From contig JAIKVL010000033.1 of the NCBI GenBank assembly GCA_024685775.1, positions 7,908 to 71,907 on the forward strand: 64,000 nucleotides of DNA, written 5' to 3'. The DNA is from Clostridia bacterium (lineage in GTDB: Bacteria > Bacillota > Clostridia > Christensenellales > CAG-1252). A program made the translations under genes and the position numbers. Below are positions 31,572 through 42,699 of this stretch, one piece after another. Each line of letters starts with the position of its first letter. Positions within the stretch are counted from its first letter, which is position 1. The notes beneath the pieces were generated by a model. The model saw only the letters and a list, made by a program, of their open reading frames with translations, did not search any database and was not told where the DNA came from.

Positions 31572-32855
31572 TTACTTCAAGAAGCCCTTGTAGTGCTTCA
31601 TCATCAACTGATTCTGCAACTGCGTATCGAATTCCATCGCAACGCTGACGACGATCAGAAGACCCGTCGCGCTGAACGCGTTCGCAAGACCGTTGGATTG
31701 ACCGAGGGCAGCGAAGACGACGCTCGGGACGAGAGCGATGATCGCGAGGAAGATCGCGCCGAACAGGGTGATCCTGTTGTTGATCCTCTTCAAAAATTCG
31801 CTCGTCGGTCTGCCCGGACGGATGCCCGGGATGAACCCGCCGTTTTGTTGGATGTTGCGGCTGATGTCTTCCGGATTGAACTGGATCTGCGAATAGAAGA
31901 ACGAGAAGAACAAGATCAGCAAGCACATGACCGCGATATAGATCGGAGTTCCGATGCCGAGCCACTTCGCCCACCAAAGGTAGAACTTGCTCGTCGGCCA
32001 GAAGCTCGCGATCATTTGCGGGAACATCAGGAAGGACGAAGCGAAGATGATCGGCATAACGCCGCTCGCGTTGACCTTCATCGGGATGTGGGTAGATTGA
32101 CCGCCGTACATCTTATTTCCCTTGATCTGCTTCGCGTATTGGATCGTGATCTTTCTCTCCGCGAGATCCACGAAGATGATGAAGACGAAGACGAACAAGA
32201 CGACGAGCAGGAACGCGATAATGAGCCACACGTTTTTCGCGACGTTGCCGTCACCGATATTCTTGAAAGCGGTAACGAGGGATTGCGCCGCGGAAGCGAG
32301 GATACCGACGAAGATGATCAGCGACGTTCCGTTTCCGATCCCGTACTCGGTGATGCGGTCGCCGATCCACATAACGAGGCAGCTGCCGCCGACGAGCATA
32401 ACGATGACCAAAGCCATCGAAAATTTCTGGGATCCGAAGGTCGCGTCGAACATATCCGCGCCCCAAGCGAGGCAGATACCCACGCCTTGGATGATCGCGA
32501 GAACGATCGCCATGTAACGCGTGATTTGCGTAAGTTTTTTTCTTCCGTCCTCACCCTGCTTCGAAAGTCTGTCGAGAGGCGGGATGACGAGCGTCAGAAG
32601 TTGCATGATAATGAAAGCGTTGATAAATGGGAGAATACCGAGCGCAAACAGAGTGCCGTTTGCGAGCGATCCGCCGGTGATGGTGGACATAACGCTGAAA
32701 AAGTCGTTGCTCGCAAGGTTCTGGAAGCTTGTTGACGCGATGCCCGGGACGGGAATGAAGCACCCGATCCTGAACACCAACAGCATCAAAAGCGTCAGGA
32801 GCATTTTCTTTCGTATTTCCTTCTCACGGAAGGCATTTATCAGCGTATTTAACAT
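31572..32855 (-). CDS. secY: Preprotein translocase subunit SecY
   Basis: This is a 427-aa polytopic protein with ...GSLANGTLFALGILPFINAFIIMQLL... and GGFIPGIRPGRPTSEFL. Confidence 0.97.
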   Translation of the reverse strand: MLNTLINAFREKEIRKKMLLTLLMLLVFRIGCFIPVPGIASTSFQNLASNDFFSVMSTITGGSLANGTLFALGILPFINAFIIMQLLTLVIPPLDRLSKQGEDGRKKLTQITRYMAIVLAIIQGVGICLAWGADMFDATFGSQKFSMALVIVMLVGGSCLVMWIGDRITEYGIGNGTSLIIFVGILASAAQSLVTAFKNIGDGNVAKNVWLIIAFLLVVLFVFVFIIFVDLAERKITIQYAKQIKGNKMYGGQSTHIPMKVNASGVMPIIFASSFLMFPQMIASFWPTSKFYLWWAKWLGIGTPIYIAVMCLLILFFSFFYSQIQFNPEDISRNIQQNGGFIPGIRPGRPTSEFLKRINNRITLFGAIFLAIIALVPSVVFAALGQSNGLANAFSATGLLIVVSVAMEFDTQLQNQLMMKHYKGFLK

Positions 32856-33298
32856 TACAGCACCTCGACTTTGCCGCCGGCTTTCTCGATCGCTTCTTTC
32901 GCGGTCTCGGTGAAGTACGCCGCTTGAACGGTAAGCGCTTTGGTCAGCTCGCCGCCGCCGAGGACTTTGAGTCCGTAGGGCTGCGCCTTAGAGAGGATCC
33001 CGGTCGCGAGGAGGACTTCCTCGTTAATGACCGCACCCGCCTCGAAGCATTCGAGATCCCAAAGGTTAACGATGTTGTATTCTTTCTTAAAGATGTTCGT
33101 GAAGCCGCGCTTCGGAAGGCGCCTCGTCAAAGGCATTTGACCGCCTTCGAATCCGGGACGTACGCCGCCGCCGCTTCTCGCCCATTGACCTTTATGGCCC
33201 TTGCCCGAAGTCTTTCCGAGACCGGAACCGATACCTCTGCCGAGTCTTTTCGCGGAAGTTTTTGAATTCGGAGCGGGCGCTATGGTGTGCAATTTCAT
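32855..33298 (-). CDS. rplO: 50S ribosomal protein L15
   Basis: [40 protein letters not shown]. Confidence 0.97.
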   Translation of the reverse strand: MKLHTIAPAPNSKTSAKRLGRGIGSGLGKTSGKGHKGQWARSGGGVRPGFEGGQMPLTRRLPKRGFTNIFKKEYNIVNLWDLECFEAGAVINEEVLLATGILSKAQPYGLKVLGGGELTKALTVQAAYFTETAKEAIEKAGGKVEVL

Positions 33299-33310
33299 TT
33301 TTCTACCTCC

Positions 33311-33493
33311 TCAATCGGCGTTCTCTACTTTTACGAGGTGAGAAACGACCTTAATCATTCCGCGCGTGGTAGCGGTGTCTTCGAGAACGTTGGAGCTACC
33401 GACTTTACGAAGACCGAGCGCGGCTACGTTTGCCTTTTGCTTTTCGAGCGCGCCAATGGTGCTCTTAACGAGAGTAACTTTGATCTTAGCCAT
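33311..33493 (-). CDS. rpmD: 50S ribosomal protein L30
   Basis: [33 protein letters not shown]. Confidence 0.95.
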   Translation of the reverse strand: MAKIKVTLVKSTIGALEKQKANVAALGLRKVGSSNVLEDTATTRGMIKVVSHLVKVENAD

Positions 33494-34029
33494 TATTCTT
33501 GCGCCTCCTTACCGAGAATTTCCTCAACGGTCTTGCCGCGAAGCGCCGAGATCTGCTCGACGGTCATAAGACGGGAAAGTCCGTCCATCGTCGCCTTCGC
33601 GCAGTTGATCGGGTTGTTCGTTCCGATCGCCTTCGTGCGGATGTCTTGGATACCCGCCATTTCGAGAACGGCACGAACCGGACCGCCCGCGATAACGCCG
33701 GTACCGACTTCGGCGGGCATCAGGAGAACTTGACCGCGACCGAACACGCCGGTGATTTGGTGCGGGATCGTCGTTCCGACGATAGGCACTTTGATCAGGC
33801 TGTTCTTCGCAGCGGTCGTCGCCTTCTCGATCGCGTCCGTCGCTTCGGTGGCTTTACCCATTCCGAGTCCGACTTGACCGTTCTTGTCGCCGACGACGAT
33901 GAGCGCCGCTTGACGCATCGTTCTACCGCCTTTAACGACCTTCGTGACGCGGTTCATCGCGATCGTCACTTTGTCGAATCCGTCTTTTACTTCTCTGTCT
34001 TTATTGAATTTATCATCACGTCTTGCCAT
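33493..34029 (-). CDS. rpsE: 30S ribosomal protein S5
   Basis: ATG 34029 is preceded by AAGGAG ([10 protein letters not shown]...). It contains [33 protein letters not shown]. The ORF track start at 34077 overlaps rplR. Confidence 0.95.
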   Translation of the reverse strand: MARRDDKFNKDREVKDGFDKVTIAMNRVTKVVKGGRTMRQAALIVVGDKNGQVGLGMGKATEATDAIEKATTAAKNSLIKVPIVGTTIPHQITGVFGRGQVLLMPAEVGTGVIAGGPVRAVLEMAGIQDIRTKAIGTNNPINCAKATMDGLSRLMTVEQISALRGKTVEEILGKEAQE

Positions 34030-34039
34030 AACTATCTCC

Positions 34040-34408
34040 TTAGAACTGCAAACCGGCTTCTCTCGCGCCGTCCGCAAGGGCTTCCAAACGGCCCATGTAA
34101 AGGTAGCCGCTTCTATCGAACACGCAAGTCGAGACTCCTTTTTCGACCGCGCGCTGACCGAGGATCGTGCCGACGTATTTCGCTTGCTCGCTCTTGGTCA
34201 TATCTTTCACCGCTTCGGCGATCGCCTTTTCGACGGTGGACGCGGCGGCGATGGTCACGCCGGCGACGTCATCGATAAGTTGCGCGTAGATGTGTTTGCT
34301 GCTTCTGAAAACCGAAAGGCGGGGGCGCTCCGCCGAGCCGCTGATCTTATTTCTGATGCGCTTATGCCTTTTGATTCTTTCGGAATTTTTATCGATCTTG
34401 GTTATCAT
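34040..34408 (-). CDS. rplR: 50S ribosomal protein L18
   Basis: [34 protein letters not shown]...[26 protein letters not shown]. Confidence 0.97.
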   Translation of the reverse strand: MITKIDKNSERIKRHKRIRNKISGSAERPRLSVFRSSKHIYAQLIDDVAGVTIAAASTVEKAIAEAVKDMTKSEQAKYVGTILGQRAVEKGVSTCVFDRSGYLYMGRLEALADGAREAGLQF

Positions 34409-34422
34409 ATCAATTCACTCCT

Positions 34423-34965
34423 TTATTTACCCGCGGTCTTACCGACTTTCTTTACGATGACCTCGTCTTTATAACGGATACCGTAAATGTGATAGGGATC
34501 GGGTCTCTTGATGTCGCGAAGGTTCGCCGCGAACTGTCCGACAAGCTCTTTATCGATACCGGTAACGGTGAGTTCAAGACCGTTTTCCGCTTTCGCTTTG
34601 ATGCCTTCGGGGATCTCGACGGGAACGTTGTGAGAGAAACCGACGTTAAACACGACTTTGTTTCCTTCCACAGCAACTTTGTAACCGACGCCGTTTACCA
34701 CGAGCGTTTTGCTGAATCCCTTGGTGACGCCGACGACCATATTGTTGATAAGGACGCGCGTAAGACCATGGATTGCTTTGCTTTCTTTTTCGTCGTTCGT
34801 ACGGGCGACGTGAACGCGATTGCCTTCCATCGTGATGACCGAGGAAGCGGGAAGCGCGCGCGTCAAGGTTCCGAGGGGACCTTTGACCGTAACGACGTTA
34901 TTCTCCCCGAGCGTAACGGTAACGCCCGCGGGGATCTCAACGGGAAGTCTTCCGATTCTTGACAT
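34423..34965 (-). CDS. rplF: 50S ribosomal protein L6
   Basis: MSRIGRLPVEIPAGVTVTL...VGVTKGFSKTLVVNGVGYK. Confidence 0.97.
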   Translation of the reverse strand: MSRIGRLPVEIPAGVTVTLGENNVVTVKGPLGTLTRALPASSVITMEGNRVHVARTNDEKESKAIHGLTRVLINNMVVGVTKGFSKTLVVNGVGYKVAVEGNKVVFNVGFSHNVPVEIPEGIKAKAENGLELTVTGIDKELVGQFAANLRDIKRPDPYHIYGIRYKDEVIVKKVGKTAGK

Positions 34966-34978
34966 CTTTCTACCTCCC

Positions 34979-35374
34979 TTACCAGACGTAAGCCATCACT
35001 TCGCCGCCGACGTTTGCGGTGCGAGCGTTCTTATCCGTCATGATGCCCTTCGAAGTCGAGATGATCGCGATGCCGAGACCGTTCAGAACTTTCGGAAGGT
35101 CTTCGCAGTTCGCGTACACCCTGAGGCCCGGCTTGCTGATGCGCTTCAAACCGTTGATAACGCTTCTGCCCGCGCCGTACTTCAAAGTAATGTTCAAATA
35201 GCTGTTAACGCCGTCTTCGACTTTCTCGACGGCTTCGATATATCCCTCTTCGAGCAAGATGTCCGCGATCGCGGCTTTCACCTTGGAGGTCGGGATTTTA
35301 ACGTCGGAATGCTTCGCGGTAAGGGCGTTCCTTATCCTCGTGAGCATATCCGCAATAGGATCGGTCACTACCAT
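34979..35374 (-). CDS. rpsH: 30S ribosomal protein S8
   Basis: ATG 35374 is preceded by AAGGAGGAG. The translation is [17 protein letters not shown]... Confidence 0.95.
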   Translation of the reverse strand: MVVTDPIADMLTRIRNALTAKHSDVKIPTSKVKAAIADILLEEGYIEAVEKVEDGVNSYLNITLKYGAGRSVINGLKRISKPGLRVYANCEDLPKVLNGLGIAIISTSKGIMTDKNARTANVGGEVMAYVW

Positions 35375-35391
35375 TTCTATCTCCTCCTTAA

Positions 35392-35577
35392 TTACCAACT
35401 GGACTTCTTAATGCCGGGTATTTGGCCTTTGTAAGCAAGCTCTCTGAAACAAACCCTGCAAATTCCGTACTTTTTCAAGACGGCGTGCGGTCTGCCGCAA
35501 ATCGAACATCTCGTGTATTCGCGGGTCGAGAACTTTTGAGGTGCTTTTTGCTTATTTTTAAGCGCCATTCTTGCCAT
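35392..35577 (-). CDS. rpsN: 30S ribosomal protein S14 type Z (zinc form)
   Basis: The protein is 61 aa: [37 protein letters not shown]. Confidence 0.95.
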   Translation of the reverse strand: MARMALKNKQKAPQKFSTREYTRCSICGRPHAVLKKYGICRVCFRELAYKGQIPGIKKSSW

Positions 35578-35591
35578 ACTCTTTACCTCCG

Positions 35592-36182
35592 TTAGTTACG
35601 AGCAAAAGGCATACCGAGCAAATCCAAAAGCTCTTTTGCCTCCTCGTCCGTCTTTGCCGTGGTCACCACGCAGATGTCAAGGCCTCTCGTCTTTTCCACT
35701 TGATCGTAGGAGATCTCCGGGAAGATAAGTTGCTCTTTCAGTCCCATCGCGTAATTGCCCCTTCCGTCGAAAGACTTGGTGGAAACGCCTTTGAAGTCTC
35801 TGACGCGGGGAAGGACGATGCTGATCAACTTGTCGAGGAAGTCATACATCTTGCCCGAGCGAAGGGTAACTTTCGCTCCGATGCTTTGACCTTCTCTGAC
35901 TTTGAAGTTCGCAACGCTCTTTTTCGCTTTGGTAACGACGGGTTTTTGACCGCTGATGAGTTTAAGCTCTTCGACGGCGAGCTGGAAGCTCTTGCCGTTG
36001 TCTTTCTCATCGCCGAGACCCATGTTCAAAACGATCTTTTCAAGCTTCGGAACTTCGTTCACGTTCTTGTAGTTGAACTTGCTCATCAGAGCGGGAACGA
36101 CTTTCTCGGCATAATAGGTTTTAAGCCTGTATTCTCTTTTGGTATCAGCCGCGCTTGCAGCTTGATTTTTCTTCTCTGCCAC
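35592..36182 (-). CDS. rplE: 50S ribosomal protein L5
   Basis: [37 protein letters not shown]...[15 protein letters not shown]. Confidence 0.95.
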   Translation of the reverse strand: MAEKKNQAASAADTKREYRLKTYYAEKVVPALMSKFNYKNVNEVPKLEKIVLNMGLGDEKDNGKSFQLAVEELKLISGQKPVVTKAKKSVANFKVREGQSIGAKVTLRSGKMYDFLDKLISIVLPRVRDFKGVSTKSFDGRGNYAMGLKEQLIFPEISYDQVEKTRGLDICVVTTAKTDEEAKELLDLLGMPFARN

Positions 36183-36197
36183 TTTCTGTACCTCCGT

Positions 36198-36656
36198 TTA
36201 CGCTTCCGCCTTGGGAGCCGCTTTCTTGGTCGCCTTCTTGGTGGCGGTCGCAGTTACGGTCTGTTCGGTGGTTTCCACAGCCTCGGTTTCTTTGGTCGCT
36301 TTCTTGGCGGTGGCTTTCTTAGCGGTCGCTTTCTTCGGAGCCGCTTTCGTGTCGATCACGGCGCCGCATTTTTTGCATTTTCTGACGTTCTTGCCGTCAA
36401 CCTTCTCGTGAGCGACTTTGGTCGCTTTGCCGCAAGAGGGGCAAACGAGCATAACGTTGGAAGCGTCGATCGCGGCGGGTTGCTCGACTTTGCCGCCCGG
36501 TTGCTGCGCGCTTCTTGCCTTAACGTGCTTGGTGACCATATTGAGGCCTTCGAGCACAACTTTATTATCCGCGGGGTACGCCTTGATAACGGCTGCTTTC
36601 TTGCCCTTATCTTTGCCGGTAAGTACCACTACGCTATCACCTTTCTTAATCTCCAT
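36198..36656 (-). CDS. rplX: 50S ribosomal protein L24 with a CxxC...CxxC segment and a Lys/Ala/Thr-rich C-terminal extension
   Basis: ATG 36656 is preceded by AAGGAGGA. The translation is MEIKKGDSVVVLTGKDKGKKAAVIKAYPADNKVVLEGLNMVTKH..., then MLVCPSCGKATKV...RKCKKCGAV, then AAPKKATAKKATAKKATKE...KKATKKAAPKAEA. Confidence 0.93.
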   Translation of the reverse strand: MEIKKGDSVVVLTGKDKGKKAAVIKAYPADNKVVLEGLNMVTKHVKARSAQQPGGKVEQPAAIDASNVMLVCPSCGKATKVAHEKVDGKNVRKCKKCGAVIDTKAAPKKATAKKATAKKATKETEAVETTEQTVTATATKKATKKAAPKAEA

Positions 36657-36666
36657 ACTGTCCTCC

Positions 36667-37035
36667 TTAAAGCACTTCGGGTGCAAGAGAGATGATCTTC
36701 ATATAGTCTTTATCTCTCAACTCTCTCGCGATCGGCCCAAAGATACGGGTTCCGCGCGGTTGCTTTTGGTTGTCGATGATGACTGCCGCGTTCTCGTCGA
36801 ACTTGATATGGGAGCCGTCTTTTCTGCCGATGCCGCGAACGGATCTTACGATGACCGCCTTGACGACGTCGCCTTTCTTGACCGTGCCGCCCGGAGTTGC
36901 GGTCTTAACGGACGCGACGATAACGTCGCCGATATTACCGAACTTTCTGAACGAGCCGCCCAGCACTTTGATACACATGATTTCTTTGGCGCCGGTGTTA
37001 TCCGCGACGACCAATCTGGTTTGAGGTTGTATCAT
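36667..37035 (-). CDS. rplN: 50S ribosomal protein L14
   Basis: [28 protein letters not shown]. Confidence 0.97.
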   Translation of the reverse strand: MIQPQTRLVVADNTGAKEIMCIKVLGGSFRKFGNIGDVIVASVKTATPGGTVKKGDVVKAVIVRSVRGIGRKDGSHIKFDENAAVIIDNQKQPRGTRIFGPIARELRDKDYMKIISLAPEVL

Positions 37036-37050
37036 ATTCGCTGCTCCTCC

Positions 37051-37317
37051 TTACTTCGCCTTGCTGATGATCTCGACGAGACGCCAGCGCTTTTCTTTGC
37101 TCAAAGGACGGGTCTCGGTGATCTCGACGGTGTCGCCGACGTGCGCGGCGTTCTCTTCGTCGTGCACTTTGTATTTATTGGTGATACGAACCGTCTTCTT
37201 ATAGAGGGGATGCTTATATTTGACTTCCACCGCAACGACGATGGTCTTTTCCATCTTGTCGCTGACGACGATGCCCACCCTGCTCTTTCTCAAATTTCTT
37301 TCCATAGCATTTTCCAT
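37051..37317 (-). CDS. rpsQ: 30S ribosomal protein S17
   Basis: [22 protein letters not shown]...[37 protein letters not shown] lies 9 nt upstream of ATG 37317. Confidence 0.95.
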   Translation of the reverse strand: MENAMERNLRKSRVGIVVSDKMEKTIVVAVEVKYKHPLYKKTVRITNKYKVHDEENAAHVGDTVEITETRPLSKEKRWRLVEIISKAK

Positions 37318-37330
37318 TGCGTTCTACCTC

Positions 37331-37546
37331 CTACTTCGCCGAAGCCTCGCCTTTGAGCTGCAATTCTCTCTGACGAAGTATGGTGTTTACTCTTGCGATA
37401 TCGCGCTTCACGTTCTTCAACGCGCTGTTGTTGGTAAGTTGTCCGGCAGCGTGTTGAAAACGAAGATTGAAAAGTTGCGACTTCAACTTCGCGAGCTCTT
37501 TATCGAGTTCGCCCGTGCTCATTTCAAAATATTGCTTAGCTTTCAT
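37331..37546 (-). CDS. rpmC: 50S ribosomal protein L29
   Basis: ELAKLKSQLFNLRFQHAAGQLTNNSALKNVKRDIARVNT. Confidence 0.95.
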   Translation of the reverse strand: MKAKQYFEMSTGELDKELAKLKSQLFNLRFQHAAGQLTNNSALKNVKRDIARVNTILRQRELQLKGEASAK

Positions 37547-37983
37547 TATTCTTCACCGCCTTCCGCTGCGACGGGGATCTCCTTCACAACGATTTTAGAC
37601 TTAACGGGTAATTTGTGGGAAGCAAGTCTCAACGCCTCTTTTGCGACTTCGAGGTCGATACCCGCCATTTCAAACATAACTCTGCCCGGCTTAACGACCG
37701 CAACCCAGTATTCCGGGGAACCCTTACCGCTACCCATGCGCGTTTCGGCGGGTTTCTTCGTTACGGGTTTGTGGGGGAAGATGTCGATCCAGACCTTTCC
37801 GCCCCTCTTGGTGAAACGAGTCATCGCGATACGAGCCGCCTCGATTTGGTTCGAGGTAACCCATCCGCATTCGTCCGCCACCAAAGCGATCTCGCCGTAA
37901 GCGATAACATTGCCTTTATTTGCTTTTCCTTTCATACGGCCGCGAGAAACTTTTCTACGCTTGACCCTCTTCGGCATTAACAT
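37546..37983 (-). CDS. rplP: 50S ribosomal protein L16
   Basis: [21 protein letters not shown]...[20 protein letters not shown]. Confidence 0.97.
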   Translation of the reverse strand: MLMPKRVKRRKVSRGRMKGKANKGNVIAYGEIALVADECGWVTSNQIEAARIAMTRFTKRGGKVWIDIFPHKPVTKKPAETRMGSGKGSPEYWVAVVKPGRVMFEMAGIDLEVAKEALRLASHKLPVKSKIVVKEIPVAAEGGEE

Positions 37984-38741
37984 TACGCTTCACCTCCTTC
38001 ACTCTGAGCAGGCTGCGCTTTCTTCACAAGCACTTCGCCTTTGTAAATCCACACTTTGACGCCGATACGCCCGTAAGTCGTGTGCGCCTCCGCGAAACCG
38101 TAATCGATATCCGCGCGCAACGTTTGAAGGGGGATCGAGCCTTCGTGATACTGCTCGGTACGCGCGATCTCCGCGCCGTCCAATCTGCCGGAAACCATCG
38201 TCTTGATACCCTTCGCGCCGGCTTTATTCGCTCTGGACATCGCAAGCTTCATCGCTCTGCGGAAGCTGATTCTCTTTTCGAGTTGATTCGCGATATCTTC
38301 CGCGACGAGTTGCGCGTCCGCATCCGCCACTTTGACGGGGATGAACTCGATCAACACGGTCGGATAGTTGTGTCCGTTCTTCTTCGCGATCTTGATGACC
38401 TGCGCGCGAATCTTTTCCGTTCCGACGCCTTTTTGTCCGATCAAGAGACCGGGGCGGGCGGTAAAGACCTTGACTTTGAGATACTTGTCGCATCTCTCGA
38501 TGTCCACGCGGGAGATTCTGGGTCTGTCGTCAAGCTTTTTGACGAACTTTTCGCCTTCTTGCTGAACGGGTTCTTCGCTGGTCGTTTTGAGCTCGGGCTT
38601 GTAAACGTCCTTGATGAAGTGACGGATCTGATTGTCTTCAAGGAGATAGCTGCCGAAATCTTTCTTACCGGCAAACCATTGGGCTTCCCATTCTTTATTG
38701 ATTCCTATTCTAAGTCCGTTAGGATTAACTTTCTGTCCCAT
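37983..38741 (-). CDS. rpsC: 30S ribosomal protein S3
   Basis: [24 protein letters not shown]...[31 protein letters not shown]. Confidence 0.97.
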   Translation of the reverse strand: MGQKVNPNGLRIGINKEWEAQWFAGKKDFGSYLLEDNQIRHFIKDVYKPELKTTSEEPVQQEGEKFVKKLDDRPRISRVDIERCDKYLKVKVFTARPGLLIGQKGVGTEKIRAQVIKIAKKNGHNYPTVLIEFIPVKVADADAQLVAEDIANQLEKRISFRRAMKLAMSRANKAGAKGIKTMVSGRLDGAEIARTEQYHEGSIPLQTLRADIDYGFAEAHTTYGRIGVKVWIYKGEVLVKKAQPAQSEGGEA

Positions 38742-38752
38742 TGTTTACCTCC

Positions 38753-39139
38753 TCAGTTGTTCGCGCTGTCAAGGATCACGGTGATGTGGCTCGTGCGCTT
38801 TAAGATGCGGTATGCGCGGCCTTTCGCACGCGGCATGATTCTCTTTAACGTGGGGCCTTGATCCGCAAACGCTTCCGCTACGAACAAGTCGCTCTTGCTG
38901 ATGTTCTTGTACTCGGCGTTCGCCGCGGCGGAGTCGAGGACTTTGAGGACCACGGGAGCGGCGGACTTGTTGGTATTCTTCAAGATAGCCGCGGCTTCGG
39001 TGTAATTCTTGCCTCTGATGATGTCGAGTACGATTCTTACTTTATAAGGGGAGATCCTTATATATTTGGCAGTTGCCTTGGGACGCTTGTCCGCGTTCTC
39101 AATGCGCGCTGCGCTCTTTTCTTTCATACGAGTTGCCAT
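38753..39139 (-). CDS. rplV: 50S ribosomal protein L22
   Basis: [23 protein letters not shown]...[24 protein letters not shown]. Confidence 0.97.
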   Translation of the reverse strand: MATRMKEKSAARIENADKRPKATAKYIRISPYKVRIVLDIIRGKNYTEAAAILKNTNKSAAPVVLKVLDSAAANAEYKNISKSDLFVAEAFADQGPTLKRIMPRAKGRAYRILKRTSHITVILDSANN

Positions 39140-39147
39140 ATTTCCTC

Positions 39148-39426
39148 CTACTTGGAAGCAGCGCTCTTGCTGCCGGGGTGTCCTTTGAACGTTCTGGTGG
39201 GCACGAACTCACCGAGTTTGCAACCGACCATATCTTCGGTGATATAGACGGGTACGTGCTTTCTGCCGTCATGAACCGCGATCGTGTGACCGATCATATC
39301 GGGGAATATCGTGCTCGCCCTCGACCACGTCTTGATCGCTTTCTTTTCGTTCGCGTCGTTCATGGCTTGGATTCTTTTCAACAACCTTTCTTCAACGTAA
39401 GGTCCTTTTTTAACTGATCTGCTCAT
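39148..39426 (-). CDS. rpsS: 30S ribosomal protein S19
   Basis: [19 protein letters not shown]...[28 protein letters not shown]. Confidence 0.97.
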   Translation of the reverse strand: MSRSVKKGPYVEERLLKRIQAMNDANEKKAIKTWSRASTIFPDMIGHTIAVHDGRKHVPVYITEDMVGCKLGEFVPTRTFKGHPGSKSAASK

Positions 39427-39437
39427 ATTCCCTCCTA

Positions 39438-40268
39438 TTAGTTCACGCGCTTAATGATGAACTTGTCAGACGCGTTCTTCTTCTTGCGAGTCTTGTAACC
39501 GAGCGCGGGTTTACCCCAAGGCGTAACAGGACTTGCCATACCGACCGGGCTCTTGCCCTCGCCGCCGCCGTGCGGGTGATCGCAGGGGTTCATAACCACA
39601 CCGCGAACCGTCGGACGGGTTCCCATATGTCTTTTCCTACCCGCTTTACCGAGGGAGACGATCTCGTTATCTTTGTTGCCGAGTTCGCCGACCGTCGCGC
39701 GGCAGTTCAGCGGAACGTATCTCATTTCGCCGCTGGGCATCTTGATGATCGCGCCTTTGCTTTCTTTCGCCATAAGCTGCGCGCTGATGCCCGCCGAACG
39801 AGCGATCACGCCGCCGCGGCCCGCGTGCATCTCGATGTTGTGGATAAACGTACCGACCGGGATCGAGGAAAGCGGCAAGCTGTTTCCGAGTTTGATATCG
39901 ACGTCCGCGCCGCTGACGACCGTGTCGCCGACTTTCAAACCGTCCGGAGCGAGGATATATCTCTTTTCGCCGTCCTCATATTGGAGAAGCGCGATGTTGA
40001 CCGTGCGGTTCGGATCGTATTGAACGCCGATCACTTTCGCGGGAACGTTGTCCTTATTTCTCTTGAAGTCGATCACTCTGTACTTTTGTCTGTTCCCACC
40101 GCCGATGTGTCTGACCGTGATTCTTCCGGTCGCGTTTCTACCGCCGCTCTTTTTCTTGTTTTCAAGCAAGGATTTTTCGGGGGATTGAACGCCTTGGAGC
40201 TCGTCGAACGCCGAAACGCTCATTCCGCGGCGACCCGCCGTTGTGGGGTTATATCTCTTGATAGCCAT
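39438..40268 (-). CDS. rplB: 50S ribosomal protein L2
   Basis: [17 protein letters not shown]...[20 protein letters not shown]. Confidence 0.97.
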   Translation of the reverse strand: MAIKRYNPTTAGRRGMSVSAFDELQGVQSPEKSLLENKKKSGGRNATGRITVRHIGGGNRQKYRVIDFKRNKDNVPAKVIGVQYDPNRTVNIALLQYEDGEKRYILAPDGLKVGDTVVSGADVDIKLGNSLPLSSIPVGTFIHNIEMHAGRGGVIARSAGISAQLMAKESKGAIIKMPSGEMRYVPLNCRATVGELGNKDNEIVSLGKAGRKRHMGTRPTVRGVVMNPCDHPHGGGEGKSPVGMASPVTPWGKPALGYKTRKKKNASDKFIIKRVN

Positions 40269-40284
40269 CTCTGTGTCCTCCCTA

Positions 40285-40575
40285 TTACGTCAAACTGTCG
40301 AAGAACTCGATGCTCTTACTCGACTCGGTAAGTTGCACGATCGCTTTCTTGTAGTCCGGTCTCTTGCCTTCCGTCGCGCCGCGTCTCTTGATCTTGCCTT
40401 GCACGTTAACGGTGTTGACTTTCGCGACCTCGACGCCGAACACTTCTTCAACCGCTCTCTTGATATCCACCTTGGTCGCGTTCTTCGCAACTTTGAAGGT
40501 GTATCTCTTCATTTGAATGCCGCTGAAACTTTTTTCGGATAAGATCGGCTTGATTATAATATCGTAATTGTTCAT
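40285..40575 (-). CDS. rplW: 50S ribosomal protein L23
   Basis: [14 protein letters not shown]...[26 protein letters not shown]. Confidence 0.97.
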   Translation of the reverse strand: MNNYDIIIKPILSEKSFSGIQMKRYTFKVAKNATKVDIKRAVEEVFGVEVAKVNTVNVQGKIKRRGATEGKRPDYKKAIVQLTESSKSIEFFDSLT

Positions 40576-40585
40576 ACCTTTCCTC

Positions 40586-41212
40586 CTACGCCTCTAACTG
40601 ATTCTTTTCGATCTGCTCCGCGGCTTCCTTCGTGAAAAGGCATTTCGCGTTCGCGACGACGTCGAGCACGCTGATGAGATTCGCGTTCACCGTCGTTACG
40701 TTCGGGATGTTGCGGGAAGCGACGACCGCTCCGTCGTCATGATCGCCGAGCACGATAAGGGTGCTCTTATCCATATTGAAATTTTTAAGCACGGAAGCGA
40801 TCTCTTTGGTCTTCGCGTTTTCGAGAGCGAGCGAATCGACGACGACGGCTTCCTCGTTTTGGAATTTATAGGAGAGCGCGCTCTTCAACGCTTCTCTTCT
40901 CATAACCTTATTGACTTTCTGGGAGAAGTCGCGGGGCTTCGGAGCGAAGACTACGCCGCCTTTGACCCATTGCGGAGCGCGGGTGCTACCCTGACGAGCG
41001 TTACCGGTTCCCTTTTGTCTCCAAGGTTTCCTGCCGCCGCCGCGGACTTCCGTCCTCGTCAAGGTGCTCTTCGTGCCTTGGCGCATATTGTTTCTTTGCG
41101 CGACGACGCATTGATGAATGATGGCTTCGTTGTACTCTCTCGCGAAGACTTCGTCCGAGAGATCCATGCTGCCCACTTCTTTTGCCTGTTTATCGTAAAT
41201 CTTAACCAACAT
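40586..41212 (-). CDS. rplD: 50S ribosomal protein L4
   Basis: GTKSTLTRTEVRGGGRKPWRQKGTGNARQGSTRAPQW. Confidence 0.97.
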   Translation of the reverse strand: MLVKIYDKQAKEVGSMDLSDEVFAREYNEAIIHQCVVAQRNNMRQGTKSTLTRTEVRGGGRKPWRQKGTGNARQGSTRAPQWVKGGVVFAPKPRDFSQKVNKVMRREALKSALSYKFQNEEAVVVDSLALENAKTKEIASVLKNFNMDKSTLIVLGDHDDGAVVASRNIPNVTTVNANLISVLDVVANAKCLFTKEAAEQIEKNQLEA

Positions 41213-41225
41213 AACTTTCTTCTCC

Positions 41226-41855
41226 TTACGCCTTCACGGAGTTCCTCAAAACGAGGAGACCACCCTTGGGTCCGGGCACGCCGCCCTTCACGAGGATCAG
41301 ATTACGCTCGGCGTCCACCTTGACGACTTCAAGGTTTTGCACGGTGACGTTCTCATGACCGTATTGACCCGCCATATGCTTGTTCTTGAACACGCGGCTC
41401 GGGTCGGAGTTCGCAGCCATGGAACCGACCGAACGGTGGATCGGACCGGTACCGTGGGACATGGATCCGACGCGCTGCGCGTTCCATCTCTTGATAACGC
41501 CCGAGAAACCGTGACCTTTGGAAACGCCGCTGACGTCCACCTTGTCGCCGACTTCGAACTGCGCCGCCGTAAGGACGGTCTTGCCGACCTCGGCTCCCGC
41601 GATATCGAGTTTGAGTTCTTTCAGGTAACGCGCGTTCTTCACGCCCGCCTTTTGGAACACGCCCTTTTGCGGCTTGTTGAGTTTTTCGGACTCACCGAAC
41701 GCGACTTGAAGCGCTTCGTAGCCGTCTTTCTCGACTGTCTTGATATGCACGACGGGACATGGGCCTGCTTCGATGACCGTCACGGGAATGACTTGCCCAT
41801 CCTGTGCAAACACTTGGCTCATACCAAGTTTCTTTCCGACGATTGCTTTACTCAT
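41226..41855 (-). CDS. rplC: 50S ribosomal protein L3
   Basis: [30 protein letters not shown]...[16 protein letters not shown]. Confidence 0.97.
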   Translation of the reverse strand: MSKAIVGKKLGMSQVFAQDGQVIPVTVIEAGPCPVVHIKTVEKDGYEALQVAFGESEKLNKPQKGVFQKAGVKNARYLKELKLDIAGAEVGKTVLTAAQFEVGDKVDVSGVSKGHGFSGVIKRWNAQRVGSMSHGTGPIHRSVGSMAANSDPSRVFKNKHMAGQYGHENVTVQNLEVVKVDAERNLILVKGGVPGPKGGLLVLRNSVKA

Positions 41856-41886
41856 AGATAAAGTTCACCTCCAAATTATTTCCGAA

Positions 41887-42195
41887 TTAAAGTTTGATTT
41901 TGATATCCACGCCCGCCGGCACGTCGACGTTCATCAAGCATTGAACGACTTTCGCCGAAGGATTGTAAATATCGATAAGACGCTTATGCGTCCTCATCTC
42001 GAATTGCTCGCGCGAATCCTTATATTTGTGCGTCGCACGAAGGATCGTTACGATTTCACGCTCGGTCGGAAGGGGGATCGGTCCCGAGATCTTCGCGCCG
42101 CATTTCGTGATCGCGTCGACGATTTTGGTCGCGACACCGTCAACGAGTTCGTGATCGTAGCTTTTAAGTTTGATTCTGATCGTTTGTCCTGCCAT
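41887..42195 (-). CDS. rpsJ: 30S ribosomal protein S10
   Basis: [19 protein letters not shown]...[39 protein letters not shown]. Confidence 0.97.
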   Translation of the reverse strand: MAGQTIRIKLKSYDHELVDGVATKIVDAITKCGAKISGPIPLPTEREIVTILRATHKYKDSREQFEMRTHKRLIDIYNPSAKVVQCLMNVDVPAGVDIKIKL

Positions 42196-42398
42196 TTGTT
42201 ACTTCCTCCTGTTATTTCTAACTCGATATTCCGCGCTGCCGTGTGTTTCTTGCTCCCTGTAAATTTAAGGCAGCTCTCGCTGCCGATCTATTTACGAGTT
42301 AGCGCCCGATCGACTCGAACTGGTCCGCGCGAACTAGCCCCGGATTGGGAAACCTCGCGCATCATCCGTAACGGAGCGTCACTTGGCAATGCTTGTTT

Positions 42399-42427
42399 AT
42401 TATATAAAAGCCCAAACTTCTTGTCAA
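42399..42427 (-). promoter_or_regulatory. Consensus sigma-70 promoter of the S10 operon
   Basis: On the minus strand it reads TTGACA (42427-42422), a 17 nt spacer, then TATAAT (42404-42399). It is followed by a ~200-nt GC-rich leader before rpsJ. Confidence 0.75.
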
Positions 42428-42699
42428 ATAAAGTTTTATTAAATTTTCTTAATGTTTGATTTTCGGGTGTTTTTTCCTCGAAAAACGGGGTTTTCCACCC
42501 CGCTCGGCGCCGCCGCGCGCCCCTTTCTCGCCGAAATCCCCCGCAAAGTCGCCGCGTTTCTCTCCCGGTTTCGCCCCGACGACGCGGCTTATATAATATA
42601 GTCACGCGCGCGGGTATTGACATAAACAGACGGAATATGCTATATTTATACTTACGCGGCGCGAACGCGCGCTCCGCCGCGTCCACAGGAGGGCAACGG

